Assembly: GCA_965204345.1 (NCBI GenBank)
Contig: OZ241981.1
Span: forward strand, 256,001-320,000
DNA: 64,000 bases
Direction of reading: 5' to 3'
Source: Nitrosopumilus sp.
GTDB lineage: Archaea > Thermoproteota > Nitrososphaeria > Nitrososphaerales > Nitrosopumilaceae
The translations under genes and the position numbers were made by a program. Positions 30,268 through 40,004 of this stretch are shown piece by piece. The notes beneath the pieces were generated by a model. That model was not told the origin of the DNA and ran no database searches. It saw only the letters and a list, made by a program, of their open reading frames with translations. The stretch's first letter is position 1, and each line of letters starts with the position of its first letter.

Positions 30268-31620
30268 ATGTACACAAACAGTAAAAGAAAACAAAAGGCA
30301 GCACAGATCTTCTCAAAGGCAAACTCGATTAGAAAGATTACAAGCAATCACTATGTTGTAAAATCACAAAACTCTGATAAAAAATATAACGTCAAAAAAT
30401 TACAGGATGCAGATGTATGGACTTGTGAGTGCAAAGACTTTCATTACAGGTTAAGAAAATTAGATGAGAAGCACTGCAAGCATATAGAATCATGCATCAT
30501 ATTACAGGATGCCATTCAGACCCAAAGCAGGGTAGAGAGAACAGAACAGCCTCAGGTCTGTCCAAAATGCAGCTCCACTACAATAGTCAAACGCGGATTT
30601 AGGAAACTAAAGAACGGTACAAAGAGGCAAAAATATGGCTGCAAGCAGTGCAATCGTAAATTCATCCTGGGCGAGAACGGATTCTCCAAAGTTTCATCTG
30701 ATCCAAAAATAATTTCCGAGTGTCTTAATCTGGTCATGTCTGGTGTCTCATACAGAAATATTGCACGACATGTCTACTCTGCACACGAGGTTGGGATTAG
30801 TCATGTGTCTGTGAGGAACTGGATGAAGAAATACACCCGAATAATCAAAGAGTATGTGGAATCATTTTATCCCGAATTATCTGATGTGTGGAGCTTGGAT
30901 GAGATGTATCTGAATGTCAAAAATACAAAGAAGACAGGCAAGGGATTTCATGACTGGCTTTGGAGCATAATTGATCCAAAGACTCGATTTCTGATAGCTA
31001 CTGAGGTCTCAAAGAAAAGAGAGATTGCAGATGCAAGAAAGATTATTGCAAGCGGCAAGAAGGTAGTTGCCAAGAACCCAAACTATGTTCTGACTGATTC
31101 GCTAAACTCGTATCAGGAAGCAATCAGAAAAGAATTTGAAAACAGAGCTGCACACATCAGGACAAAGTCACTCAAGGACGGCTTTGTTAACAGGCCAATA
31201 GAGAGATACCACAATGAGATTAGAGAGAGGCTAAAAGCCAGACGTGGGCTGGGCAATGATGAATCTGCACAAAACTTTGCAGAGTTACTCAAAATCAATC
31301 ATAACTTTGTAAAGCCCCATCAGGGGCTAGGTGGCAAGACGCCTGCTCAAGCTGCAAATATTGACTTGAATCTAGGTCAAGACAAGTATCTGGATCTGAT
31401 AAAACAGGCGGGAACCAAAGTGAACTTTGTAAACAATCTGGGAAAGAGAATCAAGAAGGTATCCATAGTAAATGAGGGTGATTCGATAAAAATAACGCCA
31501 AAACGCTGGATCGATAAACACATCTGGCGTGAGATTAATGATATTCTAAGGCTGCATGAGTTTAGCTGGCTGTCCAATGGCAAGGATAGCTGTTGGCTCA
31601 AACTAGTTTCCTCAAGATAG
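30268..31620 (+). CDS. IS6-like DDE transposase (SWIM + Zn ribbon + DDE + extra C-terminal domain)
   Basis: WTCECKDF...CKHI, CPKC...CKQC, WSLDE, LTDS, NRPIER, KPHQGL. Confidence 0.92.
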   Translation: MYTNSKRKQKAAQIFSKANSIRKITSNHYVVKSQNSDKKYNVKKLQDADVWTCECKDFHYRLRKLDEKHCKHIESCIILQDAIQTQSRVERTEQPQVCPKCSSTTIVKRGFRKLKNGTKRQKYGCKQCNRKFILGENGFSKVSSDPKIISECLNLVMSGVSYRNIARHVYSAHEVGISHVSVRNWMKKYTRIIKEYVESFYPELSDVWSLDEMYLNVKNTKKTGKGFHDWLWSIIDPKTRFLIATEVSKKREIADARKIIASGKKVVAKNPNYVLTDSLNSYQEAIRKEFENRAAHIRTKSLKDGFVNRPIERYHNEIRERLKARRGLGNDESAQNFAELLKINHNFVKPHQGLGGKTPAQAANIDLNLGQDKYLDLIKQAGTKVNFVNNLGKRIKKVSIVNEGDSIKITPKRWIDKHIWREINDILRLHEFSWLSNGKDSCWLKLVSSR

Positions 31621-32127
31621 TTTCCTAAAACTAGACATCAAAGTATTCAATCAAGAAATAGTCAAAATACTAAAACCATAGAATTTCTTAAAGTAGAATC
31701 ATGTCGTTATGGGGAATCCGCCTTAACTTATTGGTCTGTTATGGGATTTACTTGAAGTAGATTCCAAGATTTGCAAAAACAGTGATTAAAAATCCCGTTT
31801 ATTTCTTCAATATGAAAAGCGCCTAACTTAACACAAAAAGACCCTAATTTAACACCCAGTTGAAAAGCCCCTAAGATTGAACAGTGTAAAGATTTGTACA
31901 CTGTTCAATCTTAGTGTCATTTGCCTGTTTTAAACAGACTGTTCAATTCGAGTGATGGGTGTTAAGTTAGGGTGATGACAGATTCAAAAAAATTCACACT
32001 GTTCAAAACTCTGGACATTTGCCCCTAGTATCCAATTCGGGACATGGAATCAACCTTCTAATCCAAAATATGGCCTAATGCTTGTCTACGTTATCATTAT
32101 AATCTGGGTTAATCTTGAATCATTATT

Positions 32128-32622
32128 TTAAAAAATATCGGATATCTCTTCCACTTTGGTTGCGTTCTTGTCAAGATTTTCTCTGTGATTCACCTCCCAA
32201 TTGGAAATTTGTTTGGGCAGCGGATTGTCTGAGAAGGTATAGTTCTCAACAAACCAGTCCACCATGAGCAAAAACGCATCTATGTTTTTAGATTCATCCT
32301 CACTCAAATTAATCAGAGAGGAGTTGTGGGTTATTATGAATGAATAATTGTGAATCTTTATTGCAGATGTGCGCATGAAACCAGTTATCCGTCTGGTTGC
32401 CATTTCAGAGTCATAGTCATAATCATTTGAAAACATGTGGATCTGCTGAAAAATCACGTTGACTTCCTGCATTGTCTTTTTGATGGATCTCTTGATTGTT
32501 TTCTCATAATCTGATTTATTCTTTCTATTAATTATAAATAATAATAACGCCAAACCAATCCCTACGACAGATATGGTGATGCTGGGGTCAATCATCAACA
32601 GATATGGTAAGTGACCAGTCAT
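32128..32622 (-). CDS. Membrane-anchored hypothetical protein
   Basis: N-terminal TM helix followed by a helical domain. Confidence 0.65.
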   Translation of the reverse strand: MTGHLPYLLMIDPSITISVVGIGLALLLFIINRKNKSDYEKTIKRSIKKTMQEVNVIFQQIHMFSNDYDYDSEMATRRITGFMRTSAIKIHNYSFIITHNSSLINLSEDESKNIDAFLLMVDWFVENYTFSDNPLPKQISNWEVNHRENLDKNATKVEEISDIF

Positions 32623-32624
32623 AT

Positions 32625-33332
32625 TTAAAAATTGATCGATTTGCAGACTGTGTTATAAAACATAAACCACTCTATGTCTGTACGGTCAGCATACATGCTA
32701 AAGCAAACGGTCTTGTTAACTTTTAGGATTTTGGGATCCTCGGATTGTGATTCGACAAGTCCCGCACACTTGTACATCTTGAATATGGGCTCAATGCGTA
32801 ATGCCTTATCCAATCTGTCTTTGTATTGTTTTCTTTCAGTTGCACATATGTTGTTTGCAAGATGAAAGGCCTCCCCTCCCAATCTGTCAGAACCATATCC
32901 TTTTGCACTATAATTGAATCTCGGATTAAAAATAAAATTTCTCTCGTGTTCTTGTTTTAGTCTCTCAAACAACAAACCTGCGTTTTCTTTGGTAAGATCC
33001 AGCTCGTCAAAATACTTGTCAATAGTATCCGAATCAATTATTATTTCAATCAGTCCCTTAAGCATGTATTCCCTGTAGTTTGTAGGACCAATCACAGCGG
33101 CATATACGCCGTTTGGAAAATATGCATAACAGGTCATGGTTTCCACGTCATGGCCATCTTGTGTTTTTGTAATATTTGCATGAACCATGTACTTACTTGG
33201 TTCTAGATTGTGGTAGGTTATTTTATAATCAAACGTATTTCCAGATACCGTAACACTTTTTCTTGTTTTGTATGTCTTTACAATTTTTTCCCATTTGATG
33301 TAAAACTTAAAAATTTGCATGGAACGAGGCAT
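32625..33332 (-). CDS. Hypothetical protein
   Basis: 235-aa ORF in an operon with 32128-32622. Confidence 0.65.
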   Translation of the reverse strand: MPRSMQIFKFYIKWEKIVKTYKTRKSVTVSGNTFDYKITYHNLEPSKYMVHANITKTQDGHDVETMTCYAYFPNGVYAAVIGPTNYREYMLKGLIEIIIDSDTIDKYFDELDLTKENAGLLFERLKQEHERNFIFNPRFNYSAKGYGSDRLGGEAFHLANNICATERKQYKDRLDKALRIEPIFKMYKCAGLVESQSEDPKILKVNKTVCFSMYADRTDIEWFMFYNTVCKSINF

Positions 33333-33657
33333 GGATTTTTTGTTTTTAGATTATAGATAAATGGATCCTTGATCCGCTGTGATCGCAATTTCCATTTGGG
33401 ACTGGGTTCTGGTAAATTCTGATGATCTGACACCAGAATTTAACGGTAAATTGACAAGATATGATTTTCTTAGATATCTAATCATCAAAAAAACTCAAAG
33501 TGCAACTCAGAGATTATTAAACTCTGTGAATTATTACATAGATCACCAAAATTTATCAGAATCTGACTAATTACAATCTGAAAACTGATCTTATTTTAAA
33601 GGGCAGATAATTCAGTGATTTTTTCTGTGTAATCTTCTTCTTTACAACCATGTCTCA

Positions 33658-33831
33658 TTACTGCCTCTTTTTCTTGGTTATTTTTGCATACCACATGTTG
33701 CCCTCTTTGTCCAAATCCCAGTCTATTTGATCGCCCTGTTCTAGGTTCATTTTTGTGATTATGTGTATGGGTACTATGGTCCTTAATGATCTTGCAGTAT
33801 TCGCAGATGATAGTTTTGTAGTTTCAACCAT
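33658..33831 (-). CDS. AbrB/SpoVT-like small regulator (57 aa, not in ORF track)
   Basis: MVETTKLSSANTARSLRTIVPIHIITKMNLEQGDQIDWDL...; homologous to 14752-14922. Confidence 0.8.
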   Translation of the reverse strand: MVETTKLSSANTARSLRTIVPIHIITKMNLEQGDQIDWDLDKEGNMWYAKITKKKRQ

Positions 33832-33920
33832 AAGGTAACATAAAAGGAAAGGTATTAATAGTTACCTTATTACCTTATTTATTACCTTATGTTTATATTA
33901 CCGTAAATGTTACCTTATAG
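33832..33920. promoter_or_regulatory. Divergent promoter with repeated TTACCTTA/AGGTAAC boxes
   Basis: About 6 copies; same core as 14923-15014. Confidence 0.6.
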
Positions 33921-35259
33921 TATGAATAGAAAACAAAAAGCAACTCAAATACTATCAGAAATAAAATCAATTAGAAAAATCACAAGGAATCAATTTAGTG
34001 TAGATTCACAGGCTGACAAAACAAAATCCTATCTTGTAAGAAAGCTACCAAAAACTGATATTTGGACTTGTGAATGTGCAGATTTTCATTACAGATTAAG
34101 GAAATTAGATAATAAACATTGCAAACACATCAGAGCTTGTATCTTGTTACAAAACAAAACAAATATTGAAAATAAAGTTGAAAAGGTGAAATTACCTCAA
34201 ATTTGCCCAAAATGCCAATCATCATGTATCGTAAAAAATGGGTTTAGAAAGCTAAAGAACGGTGGACGTAGACAGATGCACAGATGCAATCAATGCAAGT
34301 ACAGATTCATCCTGGGCGAGAATGGATTCTCCAAAGTATCCTCTGATCCTAAAATAATTTCAGAATCCTTGAATCTGGTAACGTGTGGAATGTCATACAG
34401 AAACATTGCACGGCACATTGAGACAGTACATCAAATCGGGATTAGTCATGTATCTGTGAGGAACTGGATAAAGAAATACACTCAGATAATCAAGGAATAT
34501 GTTGATACTCTGTTCCCTGAATTATCTGACGTGTGGAGCTTGGATGAGATGTATCTGAATGTAAAAAATACAAAGAAGACAGGCAGGGGATTCCATGACT
34601 GGCTTTGGAGCATAATTGATCCGAAAACCCGATTCCTTATTGCCACAGAAGTTTCAAAGAAAAGAGAGATTGCAGATGCAAGAAAGATTATTGCAAGTGG
34701 CAAGAAGGTAGTCACCAAGAATCCAAATTATGTGTTAACTGACTCTTTAAACTCATATCAAGAGGCAATAAGAAAAGAATTTCAAAACAGAGTGGCTCAT
34801 ATCAAAACTAGATCAATTAAGGATGGTTTTGTGAATCGACCCATTGAGCGTTATCATAATGAGATAAGAGAAAAACTCAAGGCTAGACGTGGGCTGGGCA
34901 ATGACGAATCAGCACAAAACTTTGCAGATCTGCTCAAAATCAATCATAACTTTGTAAAGCCCCATCAGGGACTAGATGGCAAGACACCTGCTCAAGCTGC
35001 AAATATTGACTTGAATCTAGGTCAAGACAAGTATCTGGATTTGATAAAACTGTCGGGAACCAAAGTGAACTTTGTAAACAATCTTGGAAAGCGAATCAAG
35101 AAGGTATCCATAGTCAATGAGGGTGATTCGATAAAAATAACACCAAAACACTGGATCGATAAACACATCTGGCGTGAGATTAATGATATTCTAAGACTGC
35201 ATGAGTTTAGCTGGCTGTCCAATGGCAAGGATAGTTGTTGGTTGAAATTGATCTCGTGA
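33907..35259 (+). CDS. IS6-like DDE transposase, paralog of 30268-31620
   Basis: Near-identical from FILGENGFSKVSSDPK to the C-terminus; N-terminus diverged. Confidence 0.92.
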   Translation: MLPYSMNRKQKATQILSEIKSIRKITRNQFSVDSQADKTKSYLVRKLPKTDIWTCECADFHYRLRKLDNKHCKHIRACILLQNKTNIENKVEKVKLPQICPKCQSSCIVKNGFRKLKNGGRRQMHRCNQCKYRFILGENGFSKVSSDPKIISESLNLVTCGMSYRNIARHIETVHQIGISHVSVRNWIKKYTQIIKEYVDTLFPELSDVWSLDEMYLNVKNTKKTGRGFHDWLWSIIDPKTRFLIATEVSKKREIADARKIIASGKKVVTKNPNYVLTDSLNSYQEAIRKEFQNRVAHIKTRSIKDGFVNRPIERYHNEIREKLKARRGLGNDESAQNFADLLKINHNFVKPHQGLDGKTPAQAANIDLNLGQDKYLDLIKLSGTKVNFVNNLGKRIKKVSIVNEGDSIKITPKHWIDKHIWREINDILRLHEFSWLSNGKDSCWLKLIS

Positions 35260-35470
35260 TTTTATTTTAAGTGATCATCGAAAGGTTCTGTCGTGATTTG
35301 GTGCAATAATATCTTGTACTGAACCGTCTTCTCGTTTGTGGCCTCTTACTAACTTCAGCCCTCTTTGGGTTGCATTATTCATACAATTAGAGAGAACATA
35401 CTGGAATTTATGTAGTTCACTAACTAACACACCCGCCTTCGAATGTAAGTCAACGCTCTAAATTATGCTA

Positions 35471-35527
35471 GATTCCATGTCCCGAATTGGATACTAGAGG
35501 CAAATGTCCAGAGTTTTGAACAGTGTA
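35471..35527 (-). repeat. Internal transposon end, inverted repeat of 31995-32051
   Basis: Reverse complement TACACTGTTCAAAACTCTGGACATTTGCCTCTAGTATCCAATTCGGGACATGGAATC matches 31995-32051 with 2 mismatches. Confidence 0.8.
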
Positions 35528-35529
35528 AA

Positions 35530-37848
35530 CTAGTTTGCAGATGCCTGCCAGTCAAATATTGTATTCCATGTGCTACCATCATACAGCTCGACTTTGAGAT
35601 ATTCACCGGCATCCAGTTCAGAGCTAACAAACCTGTCAAATGTGAGATGGCCTGACTGTCTGGAGGACAGATCCACAGGAGATAGCGTGATTGTGCATGT
35701 TCTATCACAGTTTGAGGAATAAGCTACCGTGTTGCCTGACTGGCTGTCAGGTACAGCAGTAGATGGGGTGCGAATTATCCAGTCAGAGTCACCGCTCTGA
35801 GTCCAGTTCTCCAGACTTTCAAAATCCTCAGATATTGTAGTTGGGTTGGGTGGGGGCGGTGGCGTCAACATGAGGGGATTGGTACTTGCCAGTGCAAAGT
35901 CTTGTACGGGCTTGTTTATGTTATCAATGTTAGAGCCGCTAACTGTTATGGTGTATGTTCCGGTACGAGTTGGGTTAAACACTGCAAACTCGTTTGTCTG
36001 GTGGTCTGATGTTGCCCGTATTGTTGTATTATCTGGTGAAGTTATTGTAAAATCCAAATTTGCAATAGGCACTGCTATATGTGTACGTGACAACTGTCCG
36101 TCTATGCTGCCATGCGGATGAACCAGCCATGACAGTATCACTTTGACTGGCTTTGATGTGTCCTGTACTGTAAACCAATACTGCTTTGTGTCGGTATTTG
36201 ACACAAGACGGTCTGATATTATGTGGGATGGTGCATTGTTGACATACCTGAGTGATTCAGCAGCATCTAGTATGCCAAATCCCACGTTATTGAGTATTTG
36301 AAGGGATGATGCCTCATTGTTTGCAATATTTCTGTCTGCTGGCTGCCTTGCATGAGAACAGTTGTCATTTGAGTTAACTTGCTCGTATTGGGCTGACGTG
36401 CATGGTATCGGACCAGTCCAGTTGGCACCCAAGAAAAGGGCAGCCTTTAGCTCAACAGGAGTCATCTCAGGCTTTAACTGCATCATAAGGGCAGTGACTG
36501 CACTTACCTCAGATGCCGCAAAGCTGCTTCCACCTCGAATAAATGTGTCAGTTGCTGCAACAGAACTTAGTACTTGAATAGCTCCTGTTGGTGCAACCAG
36601 CTCAGGCTTTAGTAATACAGTTCCTGGTGCAGGACCCCTGCCAGAATAGCCTGCTATTGCCGGCGTACCATCAGCATTGCTCTTTATTACACCTACGGTA
36701 ATTTCATTGTGTCCGCATCCGGGATGAGTTATTGATTGAAAAGCTGCCTCTCTTGCTATTCCGTTCTCATAAAGTATACCCCTGTTTCCAGCGGCTGATA
36801 CTGCAACCATTCCCTTGTCAACTGCCTCATTTGTGATCAGACTAATCGTGTTTGCATGGCTTGCACGACAGATTCCAAAACCAAAGCTCATGTTTGCTAT
36901 GTCTGCTCCGTTTTTAAAAGACCAATCAAGGGCATGTACCACGTCTCTTGCATGTGTCTTGACAAAGACGTGTTTGTTCTGACTATCCAAGCCGTGTCTT
37001 CCAATTGAGGCATCCAAAAGATTTACACCCGGTGCAATGCCGTTGTGGGCTGGCAGTCCTGATGCGGCAATGACTTGGGCTATCTGCGTACCGTGGGATG
37101 GAAAGGCAGAAGAGACCGCTCCGTTATTGAATCCTACCACGCTGGCAGCAGTTGCAGGACTACACATACCATTACTGCACTCTACACGGTCCGTGATTCT
37201 GTTGTTAAATGCGGTGTTGTGATTTATACCACTGTCAATTACTGCCACAGCAACCCCGCGACCATCAAGATTGGTGCCTGCTGCTGTACGAATATTGTTT
37301 GGAGTTGCATGTATGGTTTCCCTAGATTTATCAACTTCTAAAGTTACTGGAATTTCGCCATCTCCCATGGCATACACCTCGTCATAAAGTGAGAGTCCTG
37401 GAACTTTTGCAATTGGGATGGATGCAGTTACAAATGAGAGTGACTCGGCAGCCTCTATGTTGCGTGCACCAAGAAGATCAAGTTTCTCTACTATTGTATC
37501 CTTGTTCTCGCGTGCTGTCTCATCTGCATCTATACCATCACTTCTGGCCACTACGATTATGACGTCATAGTATCGCGTATCGTCATGCACCCCATAGTCG
37601 CCATCCTGGGGTACCTCAGATATGAGACCCTGGATTTTATCATAAAAACCGCCATCAAACTTGTATGGTATATCCACGTTTGCAGCAGAACTCAACGTAT
37701 TCTCATCTGGAATAAGATTGCCTGGCACTTCAAACTGTGCATTCTCATCGTCAGTCTGGGATGCAGACTCTAGTGGATATAAAAATAAAAGAAATAGTGA
37801 GAAAATTGTGATTGGTAACGTAACTTTTACACTCAATATAGACGACAA
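35530..37848 (-). CDS. Secreted subtilase (S8) with PPC-like domain and C-terminal half beta-sandwich
   Basis: AVIDSG, SHGT, SAAGN, KPELVAP, GGSSFA. Confidence 0.88.
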   Translation of the reverse strand: MSSILSVKVTLPITIFSLFLLFLYPLESASQTDDENAQFEVPGNLIPDENTLSSAANVDIPYKFDGGFYDKIQGLISEVPQDGDYGVHDDTRYYDVIIVVARSDGIDADETARENKDTIVEKLDLLGARNIEAAESLSFVTASIPIAKVPGLSLYDEVYAMGDGEIPVTLEVDKSRETIHATPNNIRTAAGTNLDGRGVAVAVIDSGINHNTAFNNRITDRVECSNGMCSPATAASVVGFNNGAVSSAFPSHGTQIAQVIAASGLPAHNGIAPGVNLLDASIGRHGLDSQNKHVFVKTHARDVVHALDWSFKNGADIANMSFGFGICRASHANTISLITNEAVDKGMVAVSAAGNRGILYENGIAREAAFQSITHPGCGHNEITVGVIKSNADGTPAIAGYSGRGPAPGTVLLKPELVAPTGAIQVLSSVAATDTFIRGGSSFAASEVSAVTALMMQLKPEMTPVELKAALFLGANWTGPIPCTSAQYEQVNSNDNCSHARQPADRNIANNEASSLQILNNVGFGILDAAESLRYVNNAPSHIISDRLVSNTDTKQYWFTVQDTSKPVKVILSWLVHPHGSIDGQLSRTHIAVPIANLDFTITSPDNTTIRATSDHQTNEFAVFNPTRTGTYTITVSGSNIDNINKPVQDFALASTNPLMLTPPPPPNPTTISEDFESLENWTQSGDSDWIIRTPSTAVPDSQSGNTVAYSSNCDRTCTITLSPVDLSSRQSGHLTFDRFVSSELDAGEYLKVELYDGSTWNTIFDWQASAN

Positions 37849-38092
37849 TCATAATCGTAGTTATTTATCCTTATTGCGGGGGGGGGTTATGCTACTTGAT
37901 GAGTGTGATATTTACACTTTAATTTTAGAGACTTTTCAACAGGGGGTTAAATAGGGACTTTATGTGTGAATTTTTTGTGCGTATTTTTCATATTTATTCT
38001 CAAAAATTAATTTGGCATCTCCTTTGGCTTTGAAAAACAACAAAGCGTTTGATAGCACTTCTAATATAGTATGCCAAAAAACCAACAAACCG

Positions 38093-39352
38093 ATGCGGAT
38101 TCTGCTTGCCATATCCATTGTATCACTTTTTGGAGTTGCCAATGCATATGCTGAGATTGCCTCCCCCTATGAGCAGCTAAAATCCGGTGTTCCACTATAT
38201 GAAATCCAGTGTGAGTATCAAAAAATTCTGCTGGAATCTCCTAGGAACAACAAGCCTGTATGTGTGAAAAGTGATACGGCAGACATACTGGTAGAGCGCG
38301 GCTGGCATATGATAAAAATATTTGATGAGCTGCCAACTGCTGAGCTGTCAGTCGATGAACTGTCTATGGCAACTACTAGTAATCAGACAGAGGGCAGCTC
38401 ATATGCTGTCTCTGATCCTGTACAGACAGAAACATACTATCCTCATCTAGGAGACCCGTATGTTATTGGTAGTATAGATCTATCTGGAATCAAACCGCTT
38501 CCTGAAGGTGTCTACCTTCCCACAACCATAGAAAACTATGAGCGCATCATGCAGAAAATACTTGATGGCATAGACGACAAACTGATACTTCCAAATCCTG
38601 AAGGTCCAAGATATGACTATACTCTTGATCTCCATCCGGGATATCCAGAAATAGGAAAGAGGGTGAATTATACATACTATACAGAACAAGGAAACATGAT
38701 CAGACCATTGGGCATTGATAGAATAGAGCTGATAATATTAGAACCTGATGAAATATTCAGGTCAGATTATTTGGATAAAAAATGGGCTGAATTTGACTCC
38801 CTTGACCAAAAGGATGAGATTGCATTTGCCAAAAATCTAACGGCAGGTCCAGAAAAATTCATACAAACCTTTGTAGAAAAATCAGGACTGCCAAGAATAG
38901 TAAATATGAACCATGATTTTGACCGTTCATGGATAACTCTTGAAAATGGTAAAATAGAAATGCGAATGGAATGGGATAATGTGTACATGTATTTTGTGTA
39001 TGAAGAAGAACCTCCATTTCATTCGTTGTCAAAAAATACGATGCGTCAATTAATGCATCAGTTTGCTATTGATAATGCACACGTAATAGATCGAGAATGG
39101 TGTGTTGGTCTTGTCCTATACGATAAGGATGATATCCGCAAAATTAGAAGTGCAGGCGATCAAGCAGGGATTCCCATATGGGATGCAATTGTGGGAACTT
39201 GTGGTGATCCAATTTATAAACATCATATAGAGTATGTACATGTTAGCATGGAGGGCATTACAGGAGAGATTGGATGGTTTTCTGGTCGTACTCCGGTAAT
39301 AGATTACTGGATTGACAAGATAAACATTCCAGAACATGCCAAGGTAAGATAA
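38093..39352 (+). CDS. SPYEQ family copy B
   Basis: Paralog of 28254-29609 and 40005-41258. Confidence 0.8.
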   Translation: MRILLAISIVSLFGVANAYAEIASPYEQLKSGVPLYEIQCEYQKILLESPRNNKPVCVKSDTADILVERGWHMIKIFDELPTAELSVDELSMATTSNQTEGSSYAVSDPVQTETYYPHLGDPYVIGSIDLSGIKPLPEGVYLPTTIENYERIMQKILDGIDDKLILPNPEGPRYDYTLDLHPGYPEIGKRVNYTYYTEQGNMIRPLGIDRIELIILEPDEIFRSDYLDKKWAEFDSLDQKDEIAFAKNLTAGPEKFIQTFVEKSGLPRIVNMNHDFDRSWITLENGKIEMRMEWDNVYMYFVYEEEPPFHSLSKNTMRQLMHQFAIDNAHVIDREWCVGLVLYDKDDIRKIRSAGDQAGIPIWDAIVGTCGDPIYKHHIEYVHVSMEGITGEIGWFSGRTPVIDYWIDKINIPEHAKVR

Positions 39353-39471
39353 AACAGATGTGAATATTGTACATTACGCCTGAAAAATCAAAACTTGACC
39401 ATTCACATATGACTAAAAACAGATTCTCAGGATGCAAATTTTGATATACTGTCCCTTTTGGACGAGGTGTA

Positions 39472-39981
39472 ATGGCTAACTTACTTGCCCTGCTGCTGGC
39501 AATCTTTGCAGTTATGAGTATCGGACACGCATATGCACAGACATCTGAACTGCTTGTACCTTTGCCAGATAGCGAGCTAGAATCACTTGATGTTTTTGAG
39601 GGGTATAACTTTGAATCAAAGATGGTAACAATAAATACACAAGTTTTCTCATCAGAAAATCTAAGCATTACGATATTTGATGAATCAACAACTTTCACAA
39701 AAGACTTTGTGGAGCATTATGAAGATGGTAATTACCTATGGATAGGTTCCAATGATAATGAAGAAACTGCAATGTTTGAAATAAGCGGTACAAACGCTGT
39801 GGGAATAATAGACACATTAAACAAAACATTCCAGGTGTTTCCTGTAGAGGCCACAACACATGAAGTGTATCTCATTGATCAGTCCCAGTTTCCACCAGAC
39901 ACTGTTGTACCACCTGGTGCAAGCGGCGAGCAATCCTTTGACAGAGATGAGACATATCACTTAATAGCACTTCTAATATAG
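39472..39981 (+). pseudogene. Truncated N-terminal copy of the giant M12B-like gene
   Basis: Matches the first ~158 aa of 41374 and 23093, then joins the upstream sequence of the SPYEQ gene. Confidence 0.75.
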
Positions 39982-40004
39982 TATGCCAAAAAACCAACAA
40001 ACCA

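Larger units (their letters stand above)
16155..31888. mobile_element. Element 2: 15.7-kb IS6-like cargo transposon
   Basis: About 90-bp TIRs (16155-16244, 31799-31888, 3 mismatches) starting TACACTGTTCAATCTTAG; flanked by AAGATTTG at 16147-16154 and 31889-31896. Confidence 0.92.

Noticed and set aside
31766-31773. Additional AAGATTTG near the element 2 right end
   Set aside because: No adjacent TIR or target-flank similarity; expected by chance in AT-rich DNA.
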